From contig OZ024761.1 in the NCBI GenBank assembly GCA_964016885.1, positions 16,306,001 through 16,370,000 on the forward strand: a stretch of 64,000 nt of DNA. Reading direction: 5' to 3'. Shown here in pieces: positions 27,126 to 41,119 of the stretch (positions within the stretch are counted from its first letter, which is position 1; every line of letters begins with the position of its first letter). This DNA comes from Eledone cirrhosa (Eukaryota). The notes under the pieces were generated by a model. That model was not told the origin of the DNA, did no database searches, and saw only the letters and a program-made list of their open reading frames with translations. The position numbers and the translations under genes were made by a program.

Positions 27126-27523
27126 GATAAGAAGAATAAGATTTCGAAACAAAAAGTTAGTTTTTAGTTTTTGTTTATAAAGAAGAAGGGACGGAATGCA
27201 AGGGTCTCAACTCTACTTCCGTGGCTATGGAAACAACAAACAGGTCTTTGCCCAATACTTCGTAGGGAGCAATGGCACCTAAAGAAGAAGACAGTGTATA
27301 TATCCCTGTGAGTTACAAGAGGAAACGACTGAAAGAGTTGGCGCCAAGAAGGGCACTGGCTGTGAAACATTGCTTCAGAAATGACCCCTCCATGTCATCG
27401 TGCCCAACCCCATCTCTTGCAGTGTGGGGGGTGGGGACAGACTTAAAACTCTTTTTTTTTAAATTGTTTTTTTTTGTGTATGTGTGTGTAATTTACGTGA
27501 ATTCAACAAAAAAAAGCTTTGAT

Positions 27524-27600
<77 letters not shown>

Positions 27601-28439
27601 ATACACACACACACACACATACATACATACATACATACATACATACATACATACATACATACACACATACGAAAGCACTGCCCCACCCAGGCTCTACTAA
27701 AACTAACAGCTTGGATTATCCTCACCCCACACACACCCTTCTCTACCCCCTCATTCCACCCCAATGCTCTTCTGACCCTTCAGTAATATGTAAGTTATAT
27801 AAAGGTTATGGAATAAACATTAGACTATCACAGTTGGCCTATCTCCAAATCATTTTAGGCCACTTCCAACCACCACTCCCACCTCCAGCACCAGCACTAC
27901 CACTGCCACCAGCACTACCACCACTACCACCTCCAACGCCACCACTACCACCTCCAACACCAGCACTACCACCACTACCACTGCCAACACCACCAGCACT
28001 GTCAGCACCACCACTACCACTAGCACCACCCCACTGCCAGCACTGTCAGCACTACCACTACCACTACCACCACCACTACCACTGCCTACCACCAGCACTG
28101 TCAGCACAACCACTAGCACTTCCACCACCACTACCACCACCAGCACTACCACCACTACCACTAACACCACCACAACCACTACCTCACCACCACTACCCCA
28201 CCACCACCACCCTACTACCACCACTACCCCCACAGCCACAATCATTCTGCCCTGCCCACTTCACCCCCCATGTGTCAGTCCTCTCTTCCTAAACAAGTTG
28301 GGCTTTCATTGGTAAACTAAACCCCCCCACCCCACCCCACCCCAGCAATTACAGGTGGAAGTGGGAGGTAGGAATTTCAACAGTCAAACTTTCATTCCTA
28401 ACAGGGCTGGGGTGGCTTGTTTTATTTTAGTTTTTCCAT

Positions 28440-29296
<857 letters not shown>

Positions 29297-29297
<1 letters not shown>

Positions 29298-30975
29298 CAT
29301 TTCGGTCTTTGCCTGACCAAAACGGGTGTGTGATGCTCGAACCCGAGCGGATGTGTGAAGCTTTTCAGCAGCACTTTGCTGAACTGTTCGGGAGCGGCGG
29401 TGGCCCGGATCGGGGCATGGACTTCAGTGCATACCTCGACGGACTGCCACGGCTCTCGACGACTGCAGCACAGTGTTGCGAAAAGCCAATAACAGCCGGT
29501 GAAATACGGGAAGCGATGGCTAACTGCACAAGAGGTAAATCGCCAGGGTTAGATGGTCTGCCCTACGAGCGTTATGCATTTATGCCAGACTTGTTCGGTG
29601 ACCTCTTGGCAGACGTCTACTGCAACTGGCAGCAGAACGGGAGCATTCCCAGTTTTGTGAGCCGGGGAGCAGTGGCGCTGCTGAGAAAAGACCCGAACAA
29701 GGGGGATGTTATTGATAATTTCAGGCCCATAACCCTGCTAAACGCAGAGTGCAAGATTTTGGCCAAGATGTTAGCAATGAGGTTGGTGCTTGTCGTCAAG
29801 GGTCTGGTGGGAGAGACGCAGACATGCGCCATTCCGGGCAGATCCATACACGACAACCTCCACCTCATGTGATACGTCATAGAGAGGGTGGTTAAGGAAC
29901 CTGGCAATGGTAGGGCCCTGATCAACTTGGATCAATCCAAAGCATTCGATAGCGTCGACCATCGGTACCTGGTGGCGGTCCTCGAGGCAGCCGGTTTCGG
30001 GCCCGTTTTCAGGGGTTGGATCGCAGCAATGTACAGCGACATCTGCTCAGTTGTGAGGGTGAACGATCACCTGTCGCAGCCATTCAGCATCATGCGCTCA
30101 GTCCGCCAGGGTTGTCCCCTCTCGTCCCTCTTGTACGTATTGGCTCTCGAGCCGTTACTGCACAAACTTTTGGCGATGAGGGGCGTCCCACGCGAACTAG
30201 GATGCGGGAAATCCGAGCTGGCTTACGCTGACGACGTCACCGTGGTGGTGTCGAGCACCAGACACGTCCAGATGCTCTGCACCGCTCTCAAGGAATACGA
30301 AGCGGTGACAGGAGCAAAGATAAACCAGGAAAAGTCGGTGGGCTTGCAGCTAGGCACCTGGAGAGGCAAGTTCATGCCGTCCGACAGCGTCGTGGGGCGT
30401 TGGATGGACGGACCGGTTAAATTGCTCGGGGTCTGGTTCGGACCGGACCTCCAGATGGAGAAAACTGGAACGATGGAGAAAAACTGGAACGAGATTGTGT
30501 GGTGGACAAGGTTAAAAGGATTAAAGACAAACACTTTCCTCTTCAGCGAATCCCTAATTAACTTTTTCAAGTTTCACTTGAAGAGGAAAATCAGGGTGGA
30601 GAGGCAAGTCCTGCTTTCTAGCAAGTTTGTTGAAAGGTGGGTGAATGTAGCGAGAATGGTCAGAGTGAACGGGACCGCTCTGAATATACGTCTGTAGTTT
30701 GAGCGAGGGCGCTTGCCCTGGTAGTCAGGGTGGCCGTGGTCTTTTGTGTGGTTTTCGCCACGAGTAACCCTCGGAGGTTTCCCCCCTATTGGGGAATTTT
30801 TCATTGTTTCAATTTTCATTTTATTGTTTATATATATATATGTTTTATGTCTTTTTTTTTCTTTTCTTATATAAATAATAAAAATATTTACACGCACAAA
30901 ACCCACATCGTACCGTCCTGTTCCGTCTGTGATGTTTTTCTTGATGTCAGCTCTTGTGGCCAATAAAGAAATCAT
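29297..30975 (+). mobile_element. 5'-truncated Tx1/L1-like LINE (RT pseudogene)
   Basis: [45 protein letters not shown]; in-frame TGA at 29870-29872; apparent internal deletion after MEKNWNE; AATAAA at ~30962; GC/CpG-rich. Confidence 0.92.
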
Positions 30976-30983
30976 TATTATTG

Positions 30984-31320
30984 TTGGACGCCATGCTTTC
31001 CAGCATAGTTATGTCCCTTTACGGTCTGAATTCAAATCCCACCGAGGTTAACTTTGCCTTTCATCCTTATGGGGTCGATAAAATAAAGTACCAGTAATGT
31101 ACTGGGTAATTGCTGGCCTTGTGCCTAAAGTAGAAACAATTATTATTGTTGGACGCCATGCTTTCCAGCATAGTTATGTCCCTTTACGGTCTGAATTCAA
31201 ATCCCACCGAGGTTAACTTTGCCTTTCATCCTTATGGGGTCGATAAAATAAAGTACCAGTAATGTACTGGGTAATTGCTGTCCTTGTGCCAAAAGTAGAA
31301 ACAATTATTATTATTATTAT
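30984..31320 (+). mobile_element. Two tandem 5'-truncated SINE-A copies
   Basis: Near-identical ~165 bp units. Confidence 0.9.
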
Positions 31321-31334
31321 TATGCTTAAATTGA

Positions 31335-31544
<210 letters not shown>

Positions 31545-31799
31545 TAAGTCGCACTCTTTCTTTCTTGTGTGTGTGTGTATGAATATATATGACCTTAGGG
31601 ATCAGAAAACTGGGCTCATGGTTGTATGCTCAGTGCTGGGTTCCTAGGCATATGCCCTGGGTTTCGGTTCTGGTTGTATGACCAGTGGTGGGAGGATGCT
31701 GGTCAAATACTTTACACTTGCAAATCCATATTCATTCATATGCATATATGTAAATACACACGCACACACACACACACATACATACACAAACACACACAC

Positions 31800-31834
<35 letters not shown>

Positions 31835-31852
31835 TATATATATATATATATA

Positions 31853-32077
31853 TAGTAATAATAATAAATTTGAAGACTAAAATCCAAAGAGGGCTCGATA
31901 AGGATAAATATATATCAAATATATAAGAACCGTAGAGCAAATATTTATTAAAATAACAGATTAAAGTTTAAGCAAAGAATCGCTGCTTTCACCCTTAACG
32001 GGATCTTCTGAAGATCCCATTAAGCGTGAAAGCAGCGATTCTTTGCTTCAACTTTAATCTGTTATTTTAATAAATAT
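31853..32077. mobile_element. Short element with 68-bp-arm fold-back centred on T32009; hammerhead-like core at the junction
   Basis: 31941-32008 mirrors 32010-32077; plus strand CTGAAGA-TCCC(ATTAA)GCGT-GAAA. Confidence 0.75.
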
Positions 32078-32406
32078 ATATATATATATACACACATATT
32101 CATACACACACACACATACACACAGACACATATATGTGTGTGTGTATATATATATATATAGAGAGAGCAAACATCACGGGTGCTCTATCTCAAAATTATT
32201 TTGAAAAGCATTAGAAATGTGCAACCGGTAAAACTTAAAACCAAAACTGAATACTAACCAATACTATTACTAATTTTTACTTATTCCTAATTAAACTATT
32301 TTTCACTGGGAACAATTTGTCAGCATTTTCTTTTCCGTTCACCAATATATATATATGTATATATATATTACTTTTATTATAATTATACTCAATACATTAT
32401 TTAGAG

Positions 32407-32715
32407 CAGGGGTTCTCAACCTTTTTTTCGCTGTGGACCACCAAAATAAGTAATTTTTTCCTGTGGACCACCTAAACTTTTAAATCTTTTGTAATAGAAC
32501 TGCTAGAGACATTCTAACCACATGCCCATAGTATCAGAGCTGTGAACTCGAAATTTTCAAATATAATGGACATGTGTGTAATTAAACAAAATATTATATT
32601 AGTTACATTTTTGTGAAATGGCTACCATTTTTTCATGGCTACAAATTCTCTGTGGACCACTAGAAATGGTATGTGGACCACCGGTGGTCCACCTGGACCA
32701 CGTTGAGAATCACTG
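32407..32715. mobile_element. hAT-type MITE
   Basis: CAGGGGTTCTCAAC / GTTGAGAATCACTG termini; 8-bp TSD ATTTAGAG; subterminal GTGGACCAC repeats. Confidence 0.92.
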
Positions 32716-32828
32716 ATTTAGAGTATAGGTATATTTATTTTGTTATATAAATGACTTCTACAGGACTAGAATTGGTTTCATTCGAAAGAAACCATTGATG
32801 AGTTCCTACGAATACACCAGAAATCCAC

Positions 32829-32891
<63 letters not shown>

Positions 32892-33103
32892 GGAGGTGAG
32901 TTTTATTGTAGTACAATAAAGCAATGCAGATATCGGATAAGAAGCACTCTACAGTTTGTAGGACTGGAGTATACATAATATATAAGAACAAAAGATGGTT
33001 AAAAGAGTTCCATGTATTTTATTATGCGCATTTCAAAATGTGATATGTTGATTTAAAACTGAACTATCCACAAGTGTTTTTTAACCTTCATATCATGTCC
33101 TCC

Positions 33104-33174
33104 TGTTTTATCTGATGAAAACACAAATATTATTGCATGATGATATTTGTTTTTGAAATGCGCATAATAAAATA
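33104..33174 (+). ncRNA. Type I hammerhead ribozyme motif
   Basis: TGTTTTAT-CTGATGA-16-bp stem II (one C.U mismatch)-GAAA-TGCGCA-TA-ATAAAATA; inverted partial copy at ~32978-33039. Confidence 0.82.
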
Positions 33175-33202
33175 CGTGGAACTCTTTTAACCATCTTTTG
33201 TT

Positions 33203-33249
<47 letters not shown>

Positions 33250-33440
33250 AGGGAGTGTAACTTGAAGTTACTGTAGATTCACCCGGGTGAGCACTCGATG
33301 TTTAGGTTCACTTCTGTGTCGAGGTGTAGAGCTATACAGAGTGTATTATATTGAAAGGATAACAAGGACGATTGGTTACCCCTTCATTACATTTCTACTA
33401 GCATTTTAAGGGGTCTGTCGAGCTGCGGATTACAGAGTCG

Positions 33441-33506
33441 GGTAAGATCGACACAGATCGAACCTTGAGCTGATCAGTGGCGAAACGCGTGTCACCTACC
33501 AATAAA
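33441..33506 (+). ncRNA. Decayed hammerhead-like motif
   Basis: GAAA-CGCGTG-TC-ACCTACC-AATAAA with stem II remnant CAC.GATC/GATC.GTG; CUGANGA box lost; inverted flanks 33346-33388 / 33510-33552. Confidence 0.4.
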
Positions 33507-33554
33507 TACAATGAAGGAGTAACCAATCGTCCTTGTTATCTTTTCAATATATAT

Positions 33555-33870
33555 CATCATCATCATCATTTTACGTCCGCTTTTCCCTGCTTGCAAGGGT
33601 GGGACGGGAACTGATTCTGGCTTGATTTCTACAGCTGGATGCCCTTCCTAACACCAACCTCATTTACAGTGAGTGCTGGGTGCTTTTTTGCCGTGGCACC
33701 TCCACGACCACTTTACAGTGGAATAATAGGGACCCCCAGTCCCTATCATCTCATTTCTCCAGCTGAGTAAACTGGAGCAATGTGAAATAAAGTGTCTTGC
33801 TCAAGGACACAACACATCACCCAGTCTGAGAATTGAACTAACAACCTTTCGATTGCAAGGCCAATGCTCA
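33555..33870 (-). mobile_element. SINE-B
   Basis: Homologous to 17705-18030; head truncated by an AT-rich fold-back. Confidence 0.9.
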
Positions 33871-34085
33871 AAAAAAAATTTAAAAAAAAAATTTTTTAAA
33901 ATTAACTTACTAAAATTTTAGTAAGTAAGTTAATTTTTTTAAATTTTTTTTAAAATTTTCTTATTTTACGTCTTTTATATTATTGTTCTGCATCCTCCTG
34001 CATTGAACCACCTAGGTACTATGACATAACCTGTGTATTTGCTGACATTAGCGTACATCTGTACGCATATGTTAGTAGATATACT

Positions 34086-34133
<48 letters not shown>

Positions 34134-35793
34134 TATAGGTGGCAAATTGTCAGAGTTGTTAGAATGTCGGATAGAATAGCTCTTTGCTTTCTGAGTTCAA
34201 ATCCCACCGAGGTCAACTTTGCCTTTCATCCTTTCGAGGTCGATAAAAAAGTACCAGGGTAGTACTGGGGTAGATTCTCCCTCAATATTCCCTTCTCATT
34301 TCCTTTCTCTCACTTTCTATCTCTCTCTGGAAGAAGTCTGCTGTGAGGGATGGGTTCTGCCAGGCTTTAAAAATCCCCAAGAAATGCTGTATGTCAATAT
34401 GGCATCCCTACGACCCTACCAGGAGCTACAGGACCATACATGTATGTGTAGATATGTATATATAAGCTTATATATATATATATATAAGAGTATTGAAGTT
34501 TGCTTGAAGCAAATCAGCAAATCAGCAAACAGCGAAAGACGCCTTCCGGACTTGTCCGACAGACAACCTTTTCCCCCACCCCGGAAAAAACCCCAGTTGA
34601 TGGATGTGAATCCGAAATATATAGGGACTTTTAAATCTCTCCCAAGGTAACTCTCTCTTGTGTTGTTATTATTATTTTTATCCTTTTACTCTCCCCTTCA
34701 TTCTACACATCTCACACATCTTATAAACACGACGCATCTCAACGTACACCCACTTACATCTCTCTCTCCACCACCGGACCTTGTTACCCGGAGAGTTACC
34801 CATTTGCATTGTCGAGGCTTCCAAACGACTTATAGATATTTACATATATATATAAGTATATATCATCATCATTTAACGTCCACTTTCCATGCTAGCATGT
34901 GTTAGGTGATAGGTCGTACACGTTATTTGGTAAGTCAGGCCACTTGGCCATACCATACCTTGCTCAAACAGGACTATATTTTGGCTGGCTGTCTTTTTTT
35001 TACAGCTTGATGTCCTTCCTCACACCAACCACCTGCACACGCGCACACATAACAGGCTTCTGCACAGTTACAGTTTTCGTTTACCAAATTTCACTGCCAT
35101 GGAATTGGTCAACAGTGTTTGTTAACCCAGAACCATGTGTTAGCAAGTCTTTATCACATCTCAAGAGTTTTTTTTTTTAATTGAGAAACCTATTTTTAAA
35201 ATCTATACCATCTCCTTGGCAACCAGTTGTCATGGTGATTTGCTGTAGAGAATTCCATATTGCCAGAGGAGCCTGCACGAGATGATGGCTTTTTTTTAAA
35301 GGTTTTTTTATTTTATTTTATTTTATTTTATTTCTATTTTTGAAGTGGCTGACTTTATGAATGAAGTTAGTTTGAAAAAAAAAAAAGAATTTAATAAATC
35401 AGTTCTGTATAAGCAAGGCATGATCACCTGACCTAGCATTGCCCACAACAGGACAACTCCTCTAACCCATACTAGCATGGAAGAATGTACGTAAAACGGT
35501 GATGATGATAATATGGTGTTTTCATTGTTAAGTCTTCTTGAGGATGGTGATTTTCCCATCCAGCAATGGTGCCTGTCTGCAGATATTCAACTTGCTTGGC
35601 ATAGCAGTTAATTTCTTGCTTTCAAATGCACACAAAACTAGAAGATAAGTAGGTTGTGGCTGTTCAATTGTGCTTGACCTCTGGCTAAAACTATCAGGCA
35701 GGACAACTGAACAACTGCAGTATGATGGAACCTGTAACGATGGAAGTTGTTGTTAGTGTGGTGTCATGTGGTACAGGACATTAAGAATTACTT

Positions 35794-36009
35794 TTAACCC
35801 TTTAGTATTTAAACCGGTCATATCCGGCCAAAACTCTCTCATCTCTTTCTGTTCAAACTGGCTGTAACTAGCCGCTCATACTGATGTTAAGGTATTGTTC
35901 ACAAAATAAATAATATCAAAATCTCATAGATCCGATATTATGTAAGATAAAGCCTTTACTATGAAAATAGAAGAATAAATATAGAATAATGTAAATACTA
36001 AAGGGTTAA
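35794..36009. mobile_element. piggyBac-like MITE
   Basis: TTAA|CCCTTTAGTATTT...AAATACTAAAGGG|TTAA. Confidence 0.88.
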
Positions 36010-36309
36010 ACAATGCGTTGTTAGTGTGGTGTCATGTGGTACAGGACGTTAAGAATTAATGTGATGCAGTCAAAATGGCTGTTTTGTACTTTGCAGGAAT
36101 GTCCTACTAATGTGGTTTCATGTGGTACAGGATGTAGATAGGAGACATGAGATTTTTGGGTAAAAAAACTGCAGTCTTGTGCACCAAAATACACAGTGAT
36201 TTCTGTATTGTTGATTGGAGGCAGTGATGATGGGGTCAGTATAGGCTGTCATTTTTCAAGTGACCCTCTCCTCCTCAAGCTGGTAGTTACCTGGTGGTCT
36301 TACTACTAC

Positions 36310-37105
36310 TACTGACCACCACCATCATCACCACCACCTCTCCATCATAATCAGCATCCCCACCACTATGACGATCACCACCACCATCACCACCACCACC
36401 ACCAACATCACTAGCATTGCCTTTAACCATTAATACTACAACTACCACCTCAACCACCACCACCACCATTATCAACACCCTAACCATCACCACAAGCATC
36501 ATCACCTCAACCACCACCACCACCACCACCACCTCAACCACCTACCACCACCACCTCAACCACCTACCACCACCATCACCACCACCACCATCTCAACCAC
36601 CACCACCAACACCATCTCAAACACCACCACCACCACCACCACCTAACCTCAACCACTAACACCACCACCTCGACCACCACCACCACCACCATCTCAACCA
36701 CCACCTCAACCACCACCACCACCTCAACCACCACTATCAACCACCACCACCACCTCAACCACCACTATCAACCACCACCACCACCTCAACCACCACCACC
36801 ACCTCAACCACCACCTCAACCACCACCACCACCTCAACCACCACTATCAACCACCACCACCACCTCAACCACCACCTCAACCACCACCACCACCTCAACC
36901 ACCACTATCAACCACCATCACCACCACCACTATCAACCACTACTATCAACCATCACCACCACCTCAACCACCACCATCTCCACCACCACCTCAACCACTA
37001 TCAACCACCACCACCACCAGCAACCACCACCACCACCACCACCAGCAACCACCACCACCACCACCACCATCACCACCACCACCACCACCATCAACACCAA
37101 CACCA
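36310..37105. repeat. (CCA)n-rich low-complexity repeat
   Basis: Direct reading. Confidence 0.9.
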
Positions 37106-37421
37106 GATAACCTGTTTCACCCTTCTATTTTCAACATACTGTGTCTTTGTTCAGGTCTGCCTTGAACTATCTCTGCTCTCTACACCCAACCTACCCTCAT
37201 CTCCCCACTCACTGACATACACACTCTCACTCACACTCTCACTCACACTCACTCTTTCACTCACTCTCTTACAATTACGTTATCACTGACATACTCTCAC
37301 TTACATACACATATTGTCACTTAAACACTCCCACTCATGAGCACACACTCACACACATACTCTCACATACATACTCTCACTCACATACACACACATACTG
37401 TCACTTACACACACACACACT

Positions 37422-37457
<36 letters not shown>

Positions 37458-37780
37458 AACTGACATATTTGCACATATGCAGGCACACTCAAATACTTAT
37501 ACACACATGCAGGCATACAGATATTTATACAAGTGCATACACCCACACAGTCAATCTTATACTCACACACATTCACACATTCACACACACATTCACACAC
37601 ACACACACACATGGGAAGTGATGGCACAGTGAAGGAGAAGTGGGAAGAGGTAGAGTTAGTTGGAGTGGGGGTAGATGAACTACAACAAAAGCCTTTGTTA
37701 GTTTCTGATCCATATTGCTTCACACGGTTCCGGTTCACCCTTACAGGAAGTTGCGCTGGTGCCATGACAAAATGTATCCT

Positions 37781-40166
37781 GTCCACCTCTGCCCAGGTCT
37801 TTCTTGGTCTGTCCACTTCTGCCCAGATATTTCTTGGTCTCACCACCTCTGTCCAGATCTTTCTTGGTCTGTCCACTTCTGCCCAGATCTTTCTTGGTCT
37901 GTCCACCTCTGCCCAGGTCTTTCTTGGTCTCGCCACCTCTGCCCAGATCTTTCTTGGTCTGTCCACCTCTGCCCAGGTCTTTCTTGGTCTCGCCACCTCT
38001 GTCCAGATCTTTCTTGGTCTCACCACCTCTGTCCAGATCTTTCTTGGTCTCACCACCTCTGTCCAGGTCTTTCTTGGTCTGTCCACTTCTGTCCAGGTCT
38101 TTCTTGGTCTCACCACCTCTGTCCAGATCTTTCTTGGTCTGTCCACTTCTGTCCAGATCTTTCTTGGTCTGTCCACCTCTGTCCAGATCTTTCTTGGTCT
38201 CACCACCTCTGTCCAGATCTTTCTTGGTCTCACCACCTCTGTCCAGATCTTTCTTGGTCTGTCCACTTCTGTCCAGATCTTTCTTGGTCTGTCCACCTCT
38301 GTCCAGATCTTTCTTGGTCTCACCACCTCTGTCCAGATCTTTCTTGGTCTGTCCACCTCTGTCCAGATCTTTCTTGGTCTGTCCACTTCTGCCCAGGTCT
38401 TCCTTGGTCTGTCCACCTCTGTCCAGATCTTTCTTGGTCTGTCCACTTCTGTCCAGGTCTTTCTTGGTCTGTCCACTTCTGCCCAGATCTTGGTCTGTCC
38501 ACTCCTGTCCAGGTCTTTCTTGGTCTGTCCACTTCTGTCCAGATCTTTCTTGGTCTGTCCACTTCTGCCCAGATCTTTCTTGGTCTGTCCACTTCTGTCC
38601 AGATCTTTCTTGGTCTGTCCACTTCTGTCCAGATCTTTCTTGGTCTGTCCACTTCTGTCCAGATCTTTCTTGGTCTGTCCACTTCTGTCCAGATCTTTCT
38701 TGGTCTGTCCACTTCTGCCCAGATCTTTCTTGGTCTGTCCACTTCTGTCCAGATCTTTCTTGGTCTGTCCACTTCTGTCCAGATCTTTCTTGGTCTGTCC
38801 ACCTCTGCCCAGATCTTTCTTGGTATGTCCACCTCTGCCCAGATCTTTCTTGGTATGTCCACCTCTGCCCAGGTCTTTCTTGGTCTGTCCACTTCTGTCC
38901 AGGTCTTTCTTGGTCTGTCCACTTCTGTCCAGATCTTTCTTGGTCTGTCCACTTCTGTCCAGGTCTTTCTTGGTCTGTCCACTTCTGTCCAGGTCTTTCT
39001 TGGTCTGTCCACTTCTGTCCAGGTCTTTCTTGGTCTGTCCACCTCTGCCCAGATCTTTCTTGGTATGTCCACCTCTGCCCAGATCTTTCTTGGTCTGTCC
39101 AGGTCTTTCTTGGTCTGTCCACTTCTGTCCAGATCTTTCTTGGTCTGTCCACTTCTGTCCAGGTCTTTCTTGGTCTGTCCACTTCTGTCCAGGTCTTTCT
39201 TGGTCTGTCCACTTCTGTCCAGGTCTTTCTTGGTCTGTCCACTTCTGTCCAGGTCTTTCTTGGTCTGTCCACTTCTGCCCAGGTCTTTCTTGGTCTGTCC
39301 ACCTCTGCCCAGATCTTTCTTGGTCTGTCCACCTCTGCCCAGATCTTTCTTGGTCTGTCCACTTCTGTCCAGATCTTTCTTGGTCTGTCCACTTCTGTCC
39401 AGATCTTTCTTGGTCTGTCCACTTCTGTCCAGATCTTTCTTGGTCTGTCCACTTCTGTCCAGATCTTTCTTGGTCTGTCCACTTCTGCCCAGATCTTTCT
39501 TGGTCTGTCCACTTCTGTCCAGATCTTTCTTGGTCTGTCCACTTCTGTCCAGATCTTTCTTGGTCTGTCCACCTCTGCCCAGATCTTTCTTGGTATGTCC
39601 ACCTCTGCCCAGATCTTTCTTGGTATGTCCACCTCTGCCCAGGTCTTTCTTGGTCTGTCCACTTCTGTCCAGGTCTTTCTTGGTCTGTCCACTTCTGTCC
39701 AGATCTTTCTTGGTCTGTCCACTTCTGTCCAGGTCTTTCTTGGTCTGTCCACTTCTGTCCAGGTCTTTCTTGGTCTGTCCACTTCTGTCCAGGTCTTTCT
39801 TGGTCTGTCCACCTCTGCCCAGATCTTTCTTGGTATGTCCACCTCTGCCCAGATCTTTCTTGGTCTGTCCAGGTCTTTCTTGGTCTGTCCACTTCTGTCC
39901 AGATCTTTCTTGGTCTGTCCACTTCTGTCCAGGTCTTTCTTGGTCTGTCCACTTCTGTCCAGGTCTTTCTTGGTCTGTCCACTTCTGTCCAGGTCTTTCT
40001 TGGTCTGTCCACTTCTGTCCAGGTCTTTCTTGGTCTGTCCACTTCTGCCCAGGTCTTTCTTGGTCTGTCCACCTCTGCCCAGATCTTTCTTGGTCTGTCC
40101 ACCTCTGCCCAGATCTTTCTTGGTATGTCCACCTCTGCCCAGGTCTTCCTTGGTCTGTCCACCTCT
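37781..40166. repeat. 30-bp satellite (~80 units) with 770-bp higher-order duplication
   Basis: Unit GTCCACYTCTGYCCAGRTCTTTCTTGGTCT; the same 20-bp short unit recurs at 39091 and 39861. Confidence 0.96.
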
Positions 40167-40395
40167 GAATGCCTTATATATAACTGTATAACTAACTATA
40201 TATACCCCAATTACTCATTTCTATGTAAACCCCTCCTCCCATCACCAACACCACCTTAATGTATTGTTTTCTTCATTCAATGCCCTTCTGGCAAATAATA
40301 AACAAAACCACCACCACCATCACCACCATCACCATCATCATCACCACCACCACCACCATCACCATCATCATCATCATCACCACCACCACCATTAG

Positions 40396-40795
40396 GGGGG
40401 TGGATTGGCAGTATCGTTAGTCAAAGTCAGAGAACATGCTTTTCAGCATAGAGTTACGGCCCTTTACATTCTGAGTTCAAATCACGCCGAGGTTATTATC
40501 CTTATGGGGTCGAAAAAATAAAGCACCAGTAATGTACTGGGGTCGATTTAATCGACTTGCCCTACCCCAAAATTGTTGGCCTTGTGCCTAAATCAGAAAC
40601 CAATATAATTGTTTCTACATTTGGCACAAGGCCAGCAATTACCCAGTGTATTACTGGTACTTTATTTTATCGACCCCGAAAGGATGAAAGGCAAAGTTAA
40701 CCTCGGCGTGATTTGAACTCAGAATGGCAAGGGCCGTAACTCTATGCGTCAAAGCATGGCGTCCAACCCTCTACCGATACTGCCAATCCTCCGCC
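40396..40795. mobile_element. Tail-to-tail inverted pair of SINE-A copies
   Basis: + copy ~40396-40605, - copy ~40606-40795. Confidence 0.88.
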
Positions 40796-40993
40796 CTTGT
40801 GCCAATCTTAGGTTTTATGCTGAAATATTACACTTTTATTATGTGTGTATGTATGTGTATTTGTGTGTGTGTATGTGTATTTGTGTGTGTGTATGTGTAT
40901 TTGTGTGTGTATGTGTGTTAATCCAAGTTTAGCTAATATGGTGGTCATACTAGTGCTTTTGAGTGCAGCCTTTCACACCCCCCCACGGCTTTC

Positions 40994-41024
<31 letters not shown>

Positions 41025-41119
41025 ACACACACGGCTGGATGTTGTGTGTGCGCTCCCGTGTGCTTTTGTGTTTGTGTGATTGCGTGTGTGTGTGTGTGTG
41101 TGTTGACTTTCGTTAATAA

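Noticed and set aside
27711-28292. Proline-rich extensin/formin-like ORF (also 59916-60851, 53733-54375)
   Set aside because: (CCA)n low-complexity DNA with no splice or domain support
37349-40259. 700-940 aa ORFs in several frames on both strands
   Set aside because: Product of a stop-free 30-bp satellite; indels shift frames freely and there is no unique domain
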